A stretch of 64,000 bases of DNA from the human T2T-CHM13v2.0 reference genome, Homo sapiens. This document shows positions 1-14,351 of this stretch, one piece after another. How positions within the stretch are numbered: position 1 is the first letter of the stretch; the number at the start of each line of letters is the position of its first letter. The stretch lies in NCBI RefSeq assembly GCF_009914755.1, contig NC_060926.1; one strand, written 5' to 3'. The notes below the pieces were generated by a model. It ran no database searches and was not told where the DNA came from. It saw only the letters and a program-made list of their open reading frames with translations. Position numbers and translations under genes: made by a program.

Positions 1-235
<235 letters not shown>

Positions 236-371
236 TTAGCAGCATGACTAATTTAGCCATTGCTGTCAGTTACCTTCAGACAAGTATCATCAGTTTCATA
301 ATACATTCTATATTTCTTTGCATTGTGTGATGTTTTTGTATATTTAAAAAATTGAAAGAAGAAATGTGTAG

Positions 372-1078
<707 letters not shown>

Positions 1079-1089
1079 CATAGCTACTC

Positions 1090-1498
1090 AGAATCTGAGA
1101 ATGTGACCTTATTTGGAAATAGTGTCTTTGCGGATGTAATTAGTTAAGATGAGGTCATACTGGGTTAAGCTGGGTCCTGAATCCAGTATCTAGGGTCCTT
1201 ATAAGAGCAGGAAAAGACACACAGAGACACATCCAAGGAAGAAGACCATGTGATGATGGAGACAGAGATGCGAGTAATGCAGCTGCAGGCCAGGGAATGC
1301 CAAGGATTGCTGGCAATTGCCAGAAGCCAGGAGAGGGGCACACAAGAGATTCTCCCTCAGAGCCTCCAGAAGCCGCCAACCCTGCCAACACCTTGATTTT
1401 GTACTTCTGGCCTCTGGAACTGTGAGAAAATAAATTTCTGTTGTGTTAAGCTCCCCAGATTATGGTAGTTTGCTATGGCAGCCCTAGGGGATCATACA
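1090..1498 (+). mobile_element. MLT1B/C-like MaLR LTR
   Basis: GAATGTGACCTTATTTGGAAATAG...GAACTGTGAGAAAATAAATTTCTGTTG...CATACA. Confidence 0.88.
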
Positions 1499-1894
1499 GG
1501 GAGGTTCCCTTCAGAGTCCCCCTTGGAGCTGCCTTTGCTTCTCCATGTCCTCTGTGGTCAGGGCTCTTCCTGCATCACCCACAGGGCCCAGGGTGGGACT
1601 CTCAGTTGTATGAGCACAGCATACAGGACTGTGGCTTTGTCACAGCCAGCCACAGGGTGGTCCTTCGAAAATAGCCCTTTGCAAAGTCCAGGGATTGGCT
1701 GAGAGCCAGGATGCACTGCGCATCTCAGTTCCCCACCCCCACTACAATAGAGATGATGATATACCCTAAGTGTGCAGGTAATATTAGTGAATCAGCAGAA
1801 TTTTGTTAAAACTATGCAAGGCTGAGTGCACAGGAGACAACTAGGAGGCCACAAGCATTTAAAGGCTATAATCTAGTTCTTATTAATAATGTAA

Positions 1895-2030
1895 TGACAA
1901 AACTGCCATTTATTGAGCACTTAGCATGGGCACAGAGCACTTTATAAGCATTGTGTCATTTTAGCCTCCCATCAGGACTTATGATGTAAATAACGTGCCC
2001 AAGGTCAAGAAGCTAGTAAGTAACAGAAGA
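1895..2030 (-). mobile_element. MIR fragment
   Basis: CATTTATTGAGCACTT...GCCCAAGGTCAAGAAGCTAGTAAGT. Confidence 0.7.
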
Positions 2031-2139
2031 GGGCAGATAAGACATGTGCTCTTTAAAAGAAAGGAAGGAACAACAGAGCTGAAGATAGCATGTGCGTAGG
2101 ACACAATTTCGCAGAAGAAGCAACATGCAGTGGTAGAAA

Positions 2140-2282
2140 AATCTGTAAAATGGAGACAAAATAATTCCAAATTCATGGGGTTGTTCTGAAGTCTAAATGA
2201 GCTAATGTTTCAAAGGATTTTTCCTCAGGTGTCTAGCATATAGTAAGGTCTCAACAAACATGAGCTGTGCTAATTATTATTA
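2140..2282 (+). mobile_element. MIR fragment
   Basis: MIR core ATCTGTAAAATGG and 3' end CATATAGTAAGGTCTCAACAAAC. Confidence 0.7.
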
Positions 2283-2507
2283 AAATGCATGGGGCAGACA
2301 TCCAGAGCCTTCCAGATGGAAAGACTGTCTAGAGAAAAAGTAGAGATTCAGAAGGGTATATTTTATCCTAAAGTCAGGTGTAGACCCTGAGCATGAAGAT
2401 GAAGAAAACAGTTATGGGTGGCTAAATAACACTAAAGGCATTGGGAAAGTACTCTGTGGTCTCTGGAGCTGGAGGGTCCTGAGACTTGCTGGGGGAGGGA
2501 TAGGTAG

Positions 2508-2871
<364 letters not shown>

Positions 2872-2929
2872 AACACTGAGCTGTTTACCCACAGTATTTC
2901 ATTATGGGATTATGTCTATGGAATGCTTA

Positions 2930-4330
2930 ATTTTGCTCCCTGTAGCCTTGTGATGTTGGACACATCTCTTCACCTCTTCACCTGTCTGAACATCGGTGTC
3001 CCCATTGTGAAATGGGATAATATAGCACCTGTCTCTGAGGGTGGCCAGTAGCATTCTATTATTCAATGCATGTCAAGAGCATAGAACAGTGTGGACACCT
3101 AGTACTAGCCAAAAGATTCTGCTATCACTTATAGAGAGGAAACTGCTGACAAGAGACAGGAAACAACTTCTGCAGGTGGCCAGGCTGGCTAGTAACAAAG
3201 CCAAGCCAAACCAATCTTTGACCTGTCAGATAACACTCCCATAATCCTGACCTATGCTTCTTCTATGCCAGGCACTGCTAAGGGCCTCACAAATATCATT
3301 CTTTTAAACTCATGACAATCCTGAGAGGTGAATATTATTATTTTCTCACTTTACAGATAAGAAAACTGAGAGCCAGAACAGTTAGATAATTTGCACAAGG
3401 GCTCAGAGCTGGTTAGTGACAGAGCTGGGATGCAAACCCAGGCAGCCTGGCACCAGACTATTAAACTTTGCCTCACTCAGGTGATATATCCATTTGTGGT
3501 CCAATCTCAAGAGAGAGTCGGTAAGGGACAAAAGTCAAGAGGTCTGGGATATAATTTCAGGAGCAGAGGGAGGTTTGCTGGGCTGTGTGTGGGGCAGGCA
3601 GGCCTGGGTCCTTGGCCTTTGTAACTAGCTCTTAGGGGAGCTCTGGGGACAATGTCCTCCAAGACCCAGCCTGCTGGTCAATCCTGTCTCCTTGCTGAGT
3701 CCCCTTTGCCCTTGTCCAGGTGCCCTTTGCCTTGAGCTTCTGCAGTGCCCTGGCTTCCAAACAACCTACTCTGATAAGCTGCACAGTCTTTCAACTCCCA
3801 GGTTCAAAGCCCAGCTCTGCTACCTGCTGTCCTTGGATGAGTTTTTTATTTATCCTCCTTACACCTCATTCCTCACCTGTAAAACAGGGATGGTTTTCTT
3901 ATATTTGCTTTGCTTTATTCCAAGGATGATATCAGACAGTGTCTGCAAAACAAATGGCACATAGTATTACTAAATTCACGTTGGTTCCTCCCCACCCCCA
4001 GTCTACTCTGCTCCCTCCTTATCTATCCCCACTTTCCTCTAATTGTGGAATCGCAATCGTGGCTCTTTTCTGCAAACATCCCTCCATCAGATGACAAAAT
4101 ACTCAACTCAAACAGAAGTCAATCGATCCAAACTTAATAGTAACTAATATAACAGTGCTATGCACCAGGCTGGAGGAAAGTGCTTTAAATGCATTTTCTC
4201 CTTAAATCTTCAAATGAATCGTGCAATTTCCTGTGGTTTCAGAGACCTCAGTGAGTAACTTGCCCAAGGTCACACAGGGATTTAGTGTCAGAGCAGGATT
4301 TGGATCCACCCACCAAACCCAAGCAGACGG
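2930..4330. mobile_element. Cluster of four MIR fragments (about 2930-3110 +, 3250-3460 -, 3795-3985 +, 4140-4330 -)
   Basis: MIR cores such as TTTACAGATAAGAAAACTGAG, CTCACCTGTAAAACAGGGATG and AACTTGCCCAAGGTCACACAG. Confidence 0.7.
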
Positions 4331-4469
4331 CTCCTGTCCAGTGCCTGCACCCTGCCGTCTGTTCCTGTGAGAAGCCAGTCCGGGCCACCCAGTTTCTCTC
4401 CCCAGAGAGCCCCCTGTCCCAGAGAAGGACCCTGTTCTGCAACCCAGAGAAGGGGACTCCTTGGGGATT

Positions 4470-4630
4470 TGGCCTGGGGCGGGTGCGCCCTCTGGGGGAG
4501 CCAGCAGAGAACGCCTGGGAAAAAAAAAAAAAAAAAAAAAAAAAAACGCGGTGGGTGGGAAGGAGGCGGGGCTTGAAAAACCAAATTGCTTTCAACAGGT
4601 ACTTGGCCAATCGCGAGGTACCGCAGCTCA
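4470..4630. promoter_or_regulatory. Candidate promoter/insulator module (GC boxes, CCAAT box, CHR-like element, CTCF-like motif)
   Basis: GGGGCGGG 4476-4483; GCGCCCTCTGGGGG 4485-4498; GAGGCGGGGC 4563-4572; CTTGAA 4572-4577; GGCCAATCG 4605-4613; 9 CpGs in about 150 bp of non-repeat DNA. Confidence 0.5.
4520..4546 (+). repeat. (A)27 homopolymer not attached to a recognisable retroelement
   Basis: Direct inspection. Confidence 0.95.
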
Positions 4631-5159
4631 GTGAAATCCCTAAGTTAAACCCAAGTACCATCCAGACTGATTGAACACTTATCTCCTGTGAGGGTCTGGA
4701 ATGAATTGGTAACAGATGGATGAGAATTTCAAAACCAGAGAGGTGCCCACAGGAGCCAGCATGGGGGACAGTCCCTAGTGCTGGTGAGCTGACATCTAGG
4801 CATCATTGTTCAGTCCTGGGCTCATCAGAGGCAGCCAGGCGAGGTGGAAACTGTTCATGTCCAACTCAGAGAGTGTCAGATGCAAGAGGAATAGGACAAC
4901 TGGGAGCACTGGTGGTCAAAGGGATTTCTGCTTCGGGTGCAAAATTGGAATTAAAAAAAAAACAACTCTGGAGATTCTATGATTGAAATATCTGTCAAGA
5001 ATCTGTGATTCTATTACAGGTGCTGCTCTAGGAAAAAATGCACTGTGGGGGTCCTGCTCACACCTGGGGTTAATCTAAGGATTACAGAAGTGCATTTGGA
5101 GGGAATATTGAAGCAGACGGAGTGGGCTAGCCTAGTGGGTCTGCGTGTGGCCCCTGAAG

Positions 5160-5320
5160 AGCGGCTTCAGTGTCACTTGGGACTTGGTAAAAACACAAAC
5201 TTGAGGTTCCAACCCCAGGCCTACCGAGTTAGAAACTGTACAAGTAGGGCCCAGGAATCTGTTTTAATAAGCCCTCCCAGGGACTCTGATGCAAGCTAAA
5301 GTTTCAGAATCACTCTCTAG
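5160..5320. mobile_element. MER5A/B-like hAT-Charlie DNA transposon
   Basis: GGGCCCAGGAATCTGTTTTAATAAGCCCTCCCAGGGACTCTGATGCAAGCTAAAGTTTCAGAATCACT. Confidence 0.8.
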
Positions 5321-5404
5321 AGTTCATCTTAATCTGGTGGTTATTTTCCTCTGTATTTTCATCACACAGTACTGATATTTACTACTGTTAATATAACAAT
5401 AGAG

Positions 5405-6070
5405 CATCCATCAATTCGGCATTTATTATGAACCAACACAAAAATGAAAAAGACGTAGTACCTTCTTAGTAGGAGCTCACAAAATGATGAGAAACTCAAT
5501 TTTAACCCAGACAACTGTCATGCGCACCCCAGCCAAGGGATGAACACACTAAGGGTGCAGAGGAAGAAGGGATTCATTTCTACTGATAAGCTGGCAGAAA
5601 GAATCACTGAAACAATGATTCGTGATTTGGATTTTGAAGGACATGTATCATGTTCAGCAAGCAGAGAAAGAGAAATTGATTATTACTTAATAATAGTTCA
5701 ACCGTCCTTAAACCAAGGGTTTGCTTTTAGACCAAACAGAGCAGAATAGTTGTTTTCCTTGATATCTTTATTTGTGGGGCAAGTCAGGCAGCATCATCTG
5801 CTGGTGGTTCTCATGGTAATGGGAAAGCAAAAATAAATGATCTTCATCAGTTCATAAGGTTGCTAATCACCCAAGGTCAGGACTGGAGACTGTGAACCCA
5901 GACGCCACTGGTTTTGAGTAGAGGAGCAATATGCAGAGAGGAGAACTACCTGGTGACAGCAAGGATGTGTTGCTGTGTGTGGAGGGCCAGGCGTCCAAAA
6001 TGGGGAGCGGGAGATGGAAGAGACATCAGCAGAGAGGAGGAGAGAAGAAATGAAGGAGGATTTGACTGAA
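5405..6070 (-). mobile_element. L2 fragments
   Basis: Degenerate L2 3' end (CATTTATT..., GGATTTTGAAGGA) and body remnants. Confidence 0.5.
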
Positions 6071-6313
6071 CTTGGTGGAGGCTTTCAGGAAAGAAGAAGA
6101 ATCAATCGTTCAGTAGTACCTGTATTTGGCCTCCTAAATTAAATGTAAATAAGGCTTTGCAGCCTGAAAGCATAAGAGGAAATTTAAGCCAGAGTTTCAA
6201 TTATTTAAAACTGCAACACAGTACACTTGGAGCTGGGATCCAGACTGTTCTGAGGAGTCAAACCACATCACTCATTAGACAGATCTTCTCTGAGCTCAGG
6301 ACAAGCTAGCCCC

Positions 6314-6902
6314 TGGATCAGTCAGGGCCTAAGCAGAAGAGAGACACCACACAATAATTTGAACAGGAAAAGTTCAATATAAAGAATAAATCATAAAAGT
6401 GAATTGGATAACAGGGGATTGGCTAAAAGAACAAAAAGAGAACTCTAAAGAATAGAGGAATGGCAGACATAAGAAGCAGCTGCTATGCTGGGGGCTACTT
6501 AGGCCCATATGATAGCAGAGTTGCTTAGGTGCTTGCCAGCACAACTTGCTGGAAGTCAGTCTTCTAGGGTGCTAGGGAAAGCTGCTCCTAGGGAGGTGTC
6601 AGTGGAGGCACTCCACTATAAAACTACCACAGGTGGAGTGCCAGGGGAAGCTGCTGGCCTCCAGATGTTGCAGGAGCCTGGGACTGGAGAAGCTGTGCTT
6701 GCCACAGGAACCTATTGAACTAGGCAGTACACTGGAAGCAGGAAGCAAAACTCTTTCCTCCTGCAATGTCTCTCCAGCGCCCTCTACTCACAAAACTTTC
6801 CTTGGAAAAAGAAAAATATTTATAGGTCCCAGCTTAATTTTCACAGAGCAAGCAAAAAGGGTGAATTTGGAGTTGAAAAGCAATGAATTGGTAACTGGGA
6901 CA
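6314..6902 (-). mobile_element. ERVL LTR, LTR41-like
   Basis: Ends AAGGGTGAATTTGGAGTTGAAAAGCAATGAATTGGTAACTGGGACA; contains CCAGCGCCCTCTACT as recalled for LTR41. Confidence 0.65.
6771..6790 (-). promoter_or_regulatory. CTCF-like motif within the LTR41-like element
   Basis: Minus strand TGAGTAGAGGGCGCTGG versus core CCASYAGRKGGCRS. Confidence 0.5.
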
Positions 6903-7029
6903 CCCCATAACTATCTTAGAAGGTTCAGGACACTCAAAAAGGGTATCGTTTGATTCCATATTACCGTAGAAAACAGTTTAATCTTGTCTAAGTTTGGACT
7001 TTAAGCAGGTAGAGGCTTGCCTGATGGGT

Positions 7030-7496
7030 ACCTGGCCATGTGTGCATCAAAAACTTTATAAAAATTGATGCCTTTTCATCTAGGACTTCCATTTCTAAGG
7101 ACAAGCAGAGGTAAACAGTGGTTCATTGCTGTGATATTTATTAGAAAGACAGAAAACGTGCTTAGAAGTCTGATATCTGGGGAATGGTTCAATAAGTTCT
7201 GATGTGTTTACAAGGTGAAATATAGGTCATTAAAATGATATTTTAAAATAATTTTTAATGGAATGAGAATATACTCATGATATAATGTAAAAAGGAAAAA
7301 AAGGACATGAATAGTATCTGTGGTACATTCCCAATTATGTTAAAATGTAAAAGAGTGTGTGTGTATGTTTAATAAAACAGAAGGCATGATAATGGTGTTT
7401 ATCTCTGGATGGTGATTTTTATTTTTCTTCTCCATGCTTCTCTATATTTTTCATATTTCCTAGACTGAGCATGTGTTACCTTTATAATTTAAAAAA
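7030..7496 (+). mobile_element. Old L1 3' end (L1ME4/L1MC4-like)
   Basis: GGGGAATGGTTCAATAAG...TGTTTATCTCTGGATGGTG...GAGCATGTGTTACCTTTATAAT. Confidence 0.75.
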
Positions 7497-8849
7497 TGTG
7501 AGCATGTTTTAAGGAATATGTACATCTCCAGCATTCAGTAGCAGGAGAGAAGCCTGGCTTCACGATTCCTTCTGGAAGCTTACGTTTAAGATCTGATTTT
7601 TCTTCAGGAGTACAGACTTTTAACGGCCTGTTTACAGCTCCACTGGGGTGTGGGTGGAGACAGAGCTCTTTCTGCCCATATCATTTCCTCTTCCTATATC
7701 TCTTGAATCTTTCCTTCCTTTGTGCAGAAGAAGAGAGAGAACAAAAATATACAGCAGTGTGATAACATGGCCTTCATAAAACTCTGCTCCTGACAGCAGC
7801 CACTGTGTATTTACTGACTGCAGAACTTCCCTCCCTCCTGCTCAACCCTCCCTCCTCCTCTGCTAGATATTTACCAATTCATTTGTATCCGATGTTCCTT
7901 CTGAAACAATCACTGGGATAAGATGAGATTCTCTTTTTCTGAGGTTTTCGCTTGCCAGAACAGCATTCCAGAATTCTGGTTTTGTTTTTCTTTTTTAAAA
8001 GAACTCAGTTATGGTAAAGATATGCATGCTGCATAATGATAAAATAATCTAACTTTCAAGTCAAAAAATAAAATATATTAATCTATATTATTTTAATAGC
8101 TTCTTATACAATAAAAAAGCATTGAATTTTCATAGGACACTTTTAATAAGTCACAGTGTGACCAACTCCTTCCTCTTTTCAAGAGTCTGATGGAAGTCCA
8201 GCAATTTAATAACAGATATCACTAAGGAAACATGAAAGAATAAGATGAATGGGATAGCTACCGGGAGGGTTGTTTAAACTATCAACCAATATGGCCCCCC
8301 TATACTCACACACACACATGGTCACACACACATGCACACTAGAAAGGACATGAAACTCCTCTCTGGCCTGTGGGGGCAGAAGACAGCTGGAGAGGAAGCA
8401 AGACCTCAAATTAATTGAAATTTCAATACCCACACGAGGCTACGGCTCCTGTTTGGACAGCATAAACAGAGGCAGAGTAAGTTTGGAGAGCTGAGAGCAG
8501 AGGAGCTCTGTTCGCTCTTTCTCTCCAGAACTCTGGTACCTCATAGGAGTGTCTCATGCCCTTTTGCAGTGGAAACTGTAGCGTGACAATGACTGAATGG
8601 GATGCCAGGGACACAGGGGTTCTGGGACAGTCTTACCTGTATTCCCACGGCTCTTAAGTGGCATGAGGGAGCTGTCACATTTTTCTGAGCCTCCCTTCCC
8701 CAAGAAAGATACAGTAGTTAGATTTTAAAAAAGGAGAGAAATGCTAATCTCCAGGATCCCTTTGCCTTGAGGGAATACTGGGTAGAAAGTGGTGTGAACT
8801 CTATGACTGCTATCATATGAGACCAGACCAAGACTGGAGGCCTGGCTAT

Positions 8850-9260
8850 CATGGGTTCTGGGGCACTCCTCCCATATCCCTTCTCCAGGGCAGATGCACT
8901 CATCTCTCAGCTGCTGAGAATACTGGTTGCTGACCAGTATCCACTGGGAATTGCCCTGGCTGTGGGGAATTGGCCCCCGGGTGGGAGCAGTCCACACATA
9001 GTCAGTGACTGGCTGAGGTAGGGATACAAAAGCCAGCCTGTCCTGCTTCAATTTGGAGCAATCATAAGGCATTGTTCCAGCTCAAGAGCTCCCCCTGGGA
9101 TCTAGGATCTGTCACCACATTACAGGACGGTTTCTATCTCTCCCCATTCCTGCCTTCCTTGTTCCCTTATTCCCATCTGCAAGACGCATAACTGCCAACA
9201 CTTTCCAATAACCCCTCTGTAAGCCTTTTTCCATCTCAGAATGTGAATTCATTGTAATAT
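8850..9260 (+). mobile_element. LTR16-family ERVL LTR
   Basis: GGGAATTGCCCTGGCTG...GTGACTGGCTGAGGTAGGGATACAAAAGCCAGCC...CCATCTCAGA. Confidence 0.75.
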
Positions 9261-9480
9261 AGTTGGTGCCGGGAGTGGTCCTAGGAAGCCAACTGCAAAA
9301 AGGGATTTTGGAAATGGGTCATTTGCTGGCTAGCTGGCAATGAGAACCCTAGACCTGGTGGCTGAGCATATGCATGGGACAAGAGCCCCAGAGTGTGCTG
9401 GACAGGTAACATTGTTCTGATCAGCACTAACACAGCTCCTTGGAGGACATTGCAGGGTCTCTGGCTTGCATTTTGAGAAG
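9261..9480 (+). mobile_element. ERVL (ERV3-16A3-like) internal leader with PBS-like sequence
   Basis: TGGTGCCGGGAGTGG immediately after the LTR, then AGGAAGC...GGGATTTTGG. Confidence 0.65.
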
Positions 9481-9929
9481 CCAGTGGAGGATTTTGAGTA
9501 CAGAAGTGATTTAACCTCACTAATTTACAGGGAATATAGGGAGAAGAGAAACATGTTAAAAGACACCAAGGGGAAACAATCAGAAAAATCCAGGCTGGCA
9601 GAAATCCTACAGGATAAACAATGTTGTTTGATTATGTAAAAATATCTTGAAAGATGGAAGACACTATAAGCCAGGTTAGATGACATAAGTGTGTCTACGC
9701 ATACAGCAGCTCAGGAATGTTACCCAAGAAACTGGTAATGGATGTGCTGGGACCAGATGTAGGCAGCTGTAATACAGAGTGAGGAGGAAAATTACCTTTT
9801 GAAGTATTTTCTTTTTTGCATGTTGTTTACTTCACCACCCTATCCAAATAATTCTATTTTGGTATCAAGTAATTGTATTATTTCTTTGGAAACAATACCA
9901 ATAAATAAATATATCTTTTAAAAAAGGTA

Positions 9930-10730
9930 GCAATAGACTGGGAAAATCGACATTAATATTCCCAATATACAAATATTTTCTACAAGTCAATAAGAAGAAG
10001 ATGAACAGCGAAACAGGAAAAAAGCTATTCATCAATCCATCTTTTTCGAATGGTTTTGATGAATCCCAAGCACGTGCCCAGCACTATTCTACATGCTGAG
10101 GATAGGGTGCTGAAGTAAACAAACAAAGACTCTGCAATCCAGAGGCTAACATTCAGTAATGGTGGGGTGTGCACGGAAGAAGAGCACATCTACAGGCAAT
10201 TGACAGGAACAGAAATTCTAATGGTTATAAAGAAATAAAAAATTCTCGACCTCAAAAACAAATATATACAAAGTGAAACAGGAAGACATGATTTTAACCC
10301 ATGGAGTGTCAAAGATTAAGTAGACCTAGAGCATCCATCCACAGTGAGAGTGGGGGAATTGGAACTCCTTTGTAATGTTGAATGGTATGTAAACCAGTGC
10401 AAGAGTGAAAGAGCATAATTTGCCTGTGTGTGTTAAAATAGAAATTATACATACACTTATAGCCAGCAATAACACACTTAGGAAACTTTGGAAATAATAC
10501 CAAAAGTGCAGAAAGGCATATTGAGAAGCAGTGTTTATTACAGCATTTTTTTGAAACAGTGAAAATGTAAAAACAATCTCGATGCTCATCAGTAGATGAT
10601 AGTTAAATAAATTATGATATATCCATAAGTACAAAATAGTACTATTTTGATGTTAAAAGAATGAGGTAAAGAATGAGGTAATTCTATAGATATTCACCTG
10701 GAAAAAGAAGGTTGCCAAGCAGAATATAGG
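9930..10730 (+). mobile_element. L1ME-like fragment with an L2 fragment (minus, about 10025-10165) inside
   Basis: Degenerate ORF2 3' end and 3' UTR motifs; L2 3' text CCCAGCACTATTCTACATGCTGAGGATA. Confidence 0.65.
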
Positions 10731-11354
10731 AATTGTTCCCTGTTGGGTTTTTAAAAAGCTCTATCTGTATGATAAAACTTAATTTGTTAAAAAACAAAAC
10801 TCTGTATGTGTGTTTTAAACTTTTCTTTTTGGAATAATTATAGACTCACAGAAAGTTTTTAAACTGTCTTTTAATTTTTTTACTTTTAATTGACACAAAA
10901 ATTGTACATATTTATGGGATACATGTGATATTTCAATACATGCATACAATGTATAATGATCAAATCAGGGTAATTGGCATATCCATCACTCAAACATTTA
11001 TCATTTCTTTGTGTTAAGAACATCTGAAATCATTTCTAGCTATTTTGAAATATACAATAAATTATTGTTACCCATAGGTACCCTACTGTGCTATAGAACA
11101 CTGGAACAAATTCCTCCTGTGTGACTGTAATTTGCACCATCAATCATTCTCTCCTTATCTCCCCCTCCCTTTATCCTTCCCAGCCTCTAGTAACATCTAG
11201 TGTTTCACTCTATACTTCTATGAGATCAACTTTTTCAGCTCCCACATATGAATGAGAACATGCAATGTTTGTCGTTCTGTGTCTGGCTTATTTCATTTAA
11301 CATGATGTCCCCCAGCACCAGGCTCATCCACTTTGCCTCAAATGACAGGATTTC

Positions 11355-11357
<3 letters not shown>

Positions 11358-11410
<53 letters not shown>

Positions 11411-11710
11411 TTCTCCAGGGTCTTGCTCTGTTGCCCAGGCTGCGGTGTAGCAGTGCGGAGTGTAACAGTGCGAACATGACACACTGCAGCCTTGACCCCC
11501 CGGGGTCAAGAGATCCTGCCTCAGCCTCCCATGTAGTTGAGACCACAGGTGTGTGCCACCATACCTCGCTAATTTTTTATTTTTATTTTTTGTAGAGATG
11601 GGGTCTCACTTTTTTGCCCAGGCAGGTCTCAAACTCCTGGGCTCAAGTGATCCTCCCACCTCAAACCTCCCAAGGGCTGGGAGCACAGGTGTGAGCCACC
11701 ACAGTCAGCC
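11358..11710 (-). mobile_element. AluJ with a (CT)n microsatellite in place of the tail
   Basis: AluJ diagnostics (CCTGGGCTCAAG); TSD CAG(G/A)ATTTCATT. Confidence 0.9.
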
Positions 11711-11876
11711 ATCAGAATTTCATTAATTTTTATGGCTGAATAATATTCCATTATGTATATATACCATGTTATCTTTATTCATTCATCTGTTAATGGACAC
11801 ATAGTTGATTCTGTATCTTTGCTACTGTGAATAGTGATGCAATAAATATGGGAGTGTAGATATCTCTTTGACATAC

Positions 11877-12258
11877 TGATATGATTAGGCTTTGTGTCCT
11901 CACCCAAATTTCATCTTGAATTGTAATCCCCGTAATCCCCATGTGTCAAGGGAGAGACTGAGTGGAGGTAATTGAATTATGGGGGCAGTCCCCCCTACCA
12001 TGCTGTTCTCATGATAGTGACTGGGTTCTCATGAGATCTGATGGTTTTATAATGGGCTCTTCTCCTCTTCACTCAGCATTTCTCCTTCCTGCCACCTTGT
12101 GAAGAAGGTGCCTTGCTTCCCCTTCACCTTCTGCCATGATTGTAAGATTCCTAAGCCTACCGAGCCATGTTGGGCTGTGAGTCAATTAAACCTCTTTCCT
12201 TTATAAATTACCCAGTCTCAGGCAGTTCTTTATAGCAGTATGAAATCGGACTAATACA
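11877..12258 (+). mobile_element. THE1 (THE1C/D-like) solo LTR
   Basis: TGATATG...GACTAATACA with a perfect 5-bp TSD CATAC at 11872-11876 and 12259-12263. Confidence 0.93.
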
Positions 12259-12582
12259 CATACTGAATTTTATTTTGTTTGCTGCATACCCAGTGGTGGT
12301 ATGGCTGGATCATATGGTATTTCTAGTTTTAGTTTTTAAAGGAAACTCCATACTGTTTTCCATAATGACTGTCCTAATTTACATCCCCACCAGCAGTGTA
12401 TAAAAGTTCACCTTTCTCCACATCCTTACCAGCATTTGTTATTTTTTGTCTGTTTGATAACAGCTACTTTAAGTGGGGTGAGATAATATTTAATTGTGGT
12501 TTTTATTAGTATTTCCCTGACAATTAGTGGTGTTGAGCATTTTTTTCACATACCTGTCAGCCATTTGTATGTCTTCTTTTGA

Positions 12583-12952
<370 letters not shown>

Positions 12953-13691
12953 TATCTCTATTATTTTTGCTGTTGAGTTGTTTGAGTTCCCTCTATATCC
13001 AGGATATTAATCCTTTGTTGGATAGATAATTTGCAAATATTTTCTCCTACTTTGTATGTTGTCTCTTCACTCTGTTGATTGGCTCCTTTGCTGCGCAGAA
13101 GTTTTAAAAATTTTATATAATCCCATTTGTCTGTTTTTGTTTTTGTTGCCTGTGCTTTCGAGGTCTTATCCATAAAAATCTTTGCCCAGACTAACATCCT
13201 AACACATTTCTCCTGTTTTCTTCTAGTAGTTTCATTGTTTCTCGTCTTTAATTTAACTCTTTACTCTATCTTGAATTGGTTTTTGTATATGGTGAGAGAT
13301 AGTGGTCTAGTTTTATTCTTCCAAGTATTCTTCAATTGTCCCAGCACCATTTATTGAAAAGACTGTCCTTTCCCTAATATATGTTCTTGGCACTTTTGTT
13401 GAAAATCAGGTAGCAAATCGGTGAATTTATTTCTGGGTTCTCTATTCTGTTTCATTGGTCTATGTGCCTGTTTTTATGCTAGTAGCCTTGTAGAATATTC
13501 TGAAGTCAGGTAGAGTGATGCCTCCAGCTTTGTTCTTTTTGCTCATGATGTCTTTGGCTATTCAGGCTCCTTGTGGTTCCATACACATTTTTGGATTGTT
13601 TTTTCTATTTCTGTGAAGAATGTCACTGGTATTTTAATAAGAATTGCATTGAATCTGTAGATCACTTTGGGTAGTGTGGACATTTTAATAA

Positions 13692-14188
<497 letters not shown>

Positions 14189-14351
14189 GTTACTAATTTT
14201 TGTACATTGATTTTTGTATTATCCAACTTTACTGAATTCATCGATCAGTTCTAACAGTTTTTTAGTGGAGTCTTTAGGATTTTTAAAATATGAGATCAAG
14301 TTGTTTGCAAACAGGAAGATTTTGATTTTCTCTTTTCCAATTTAGATGCCC

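Noticed and set aside
4248-4674. Overlapping ORFs of 129-137 aa with poly-Lys or poly-Phe
   Set aside because: They are produced by the A27 run and GC-rich composition, and the plus-strand ORF starts in a MIR at a non-ATG codon.
8220-8700. Possible ancient Gypsy-like LTR
   Set aside because: Only a vague resemblance; I could not support boundaries or a family assignment.
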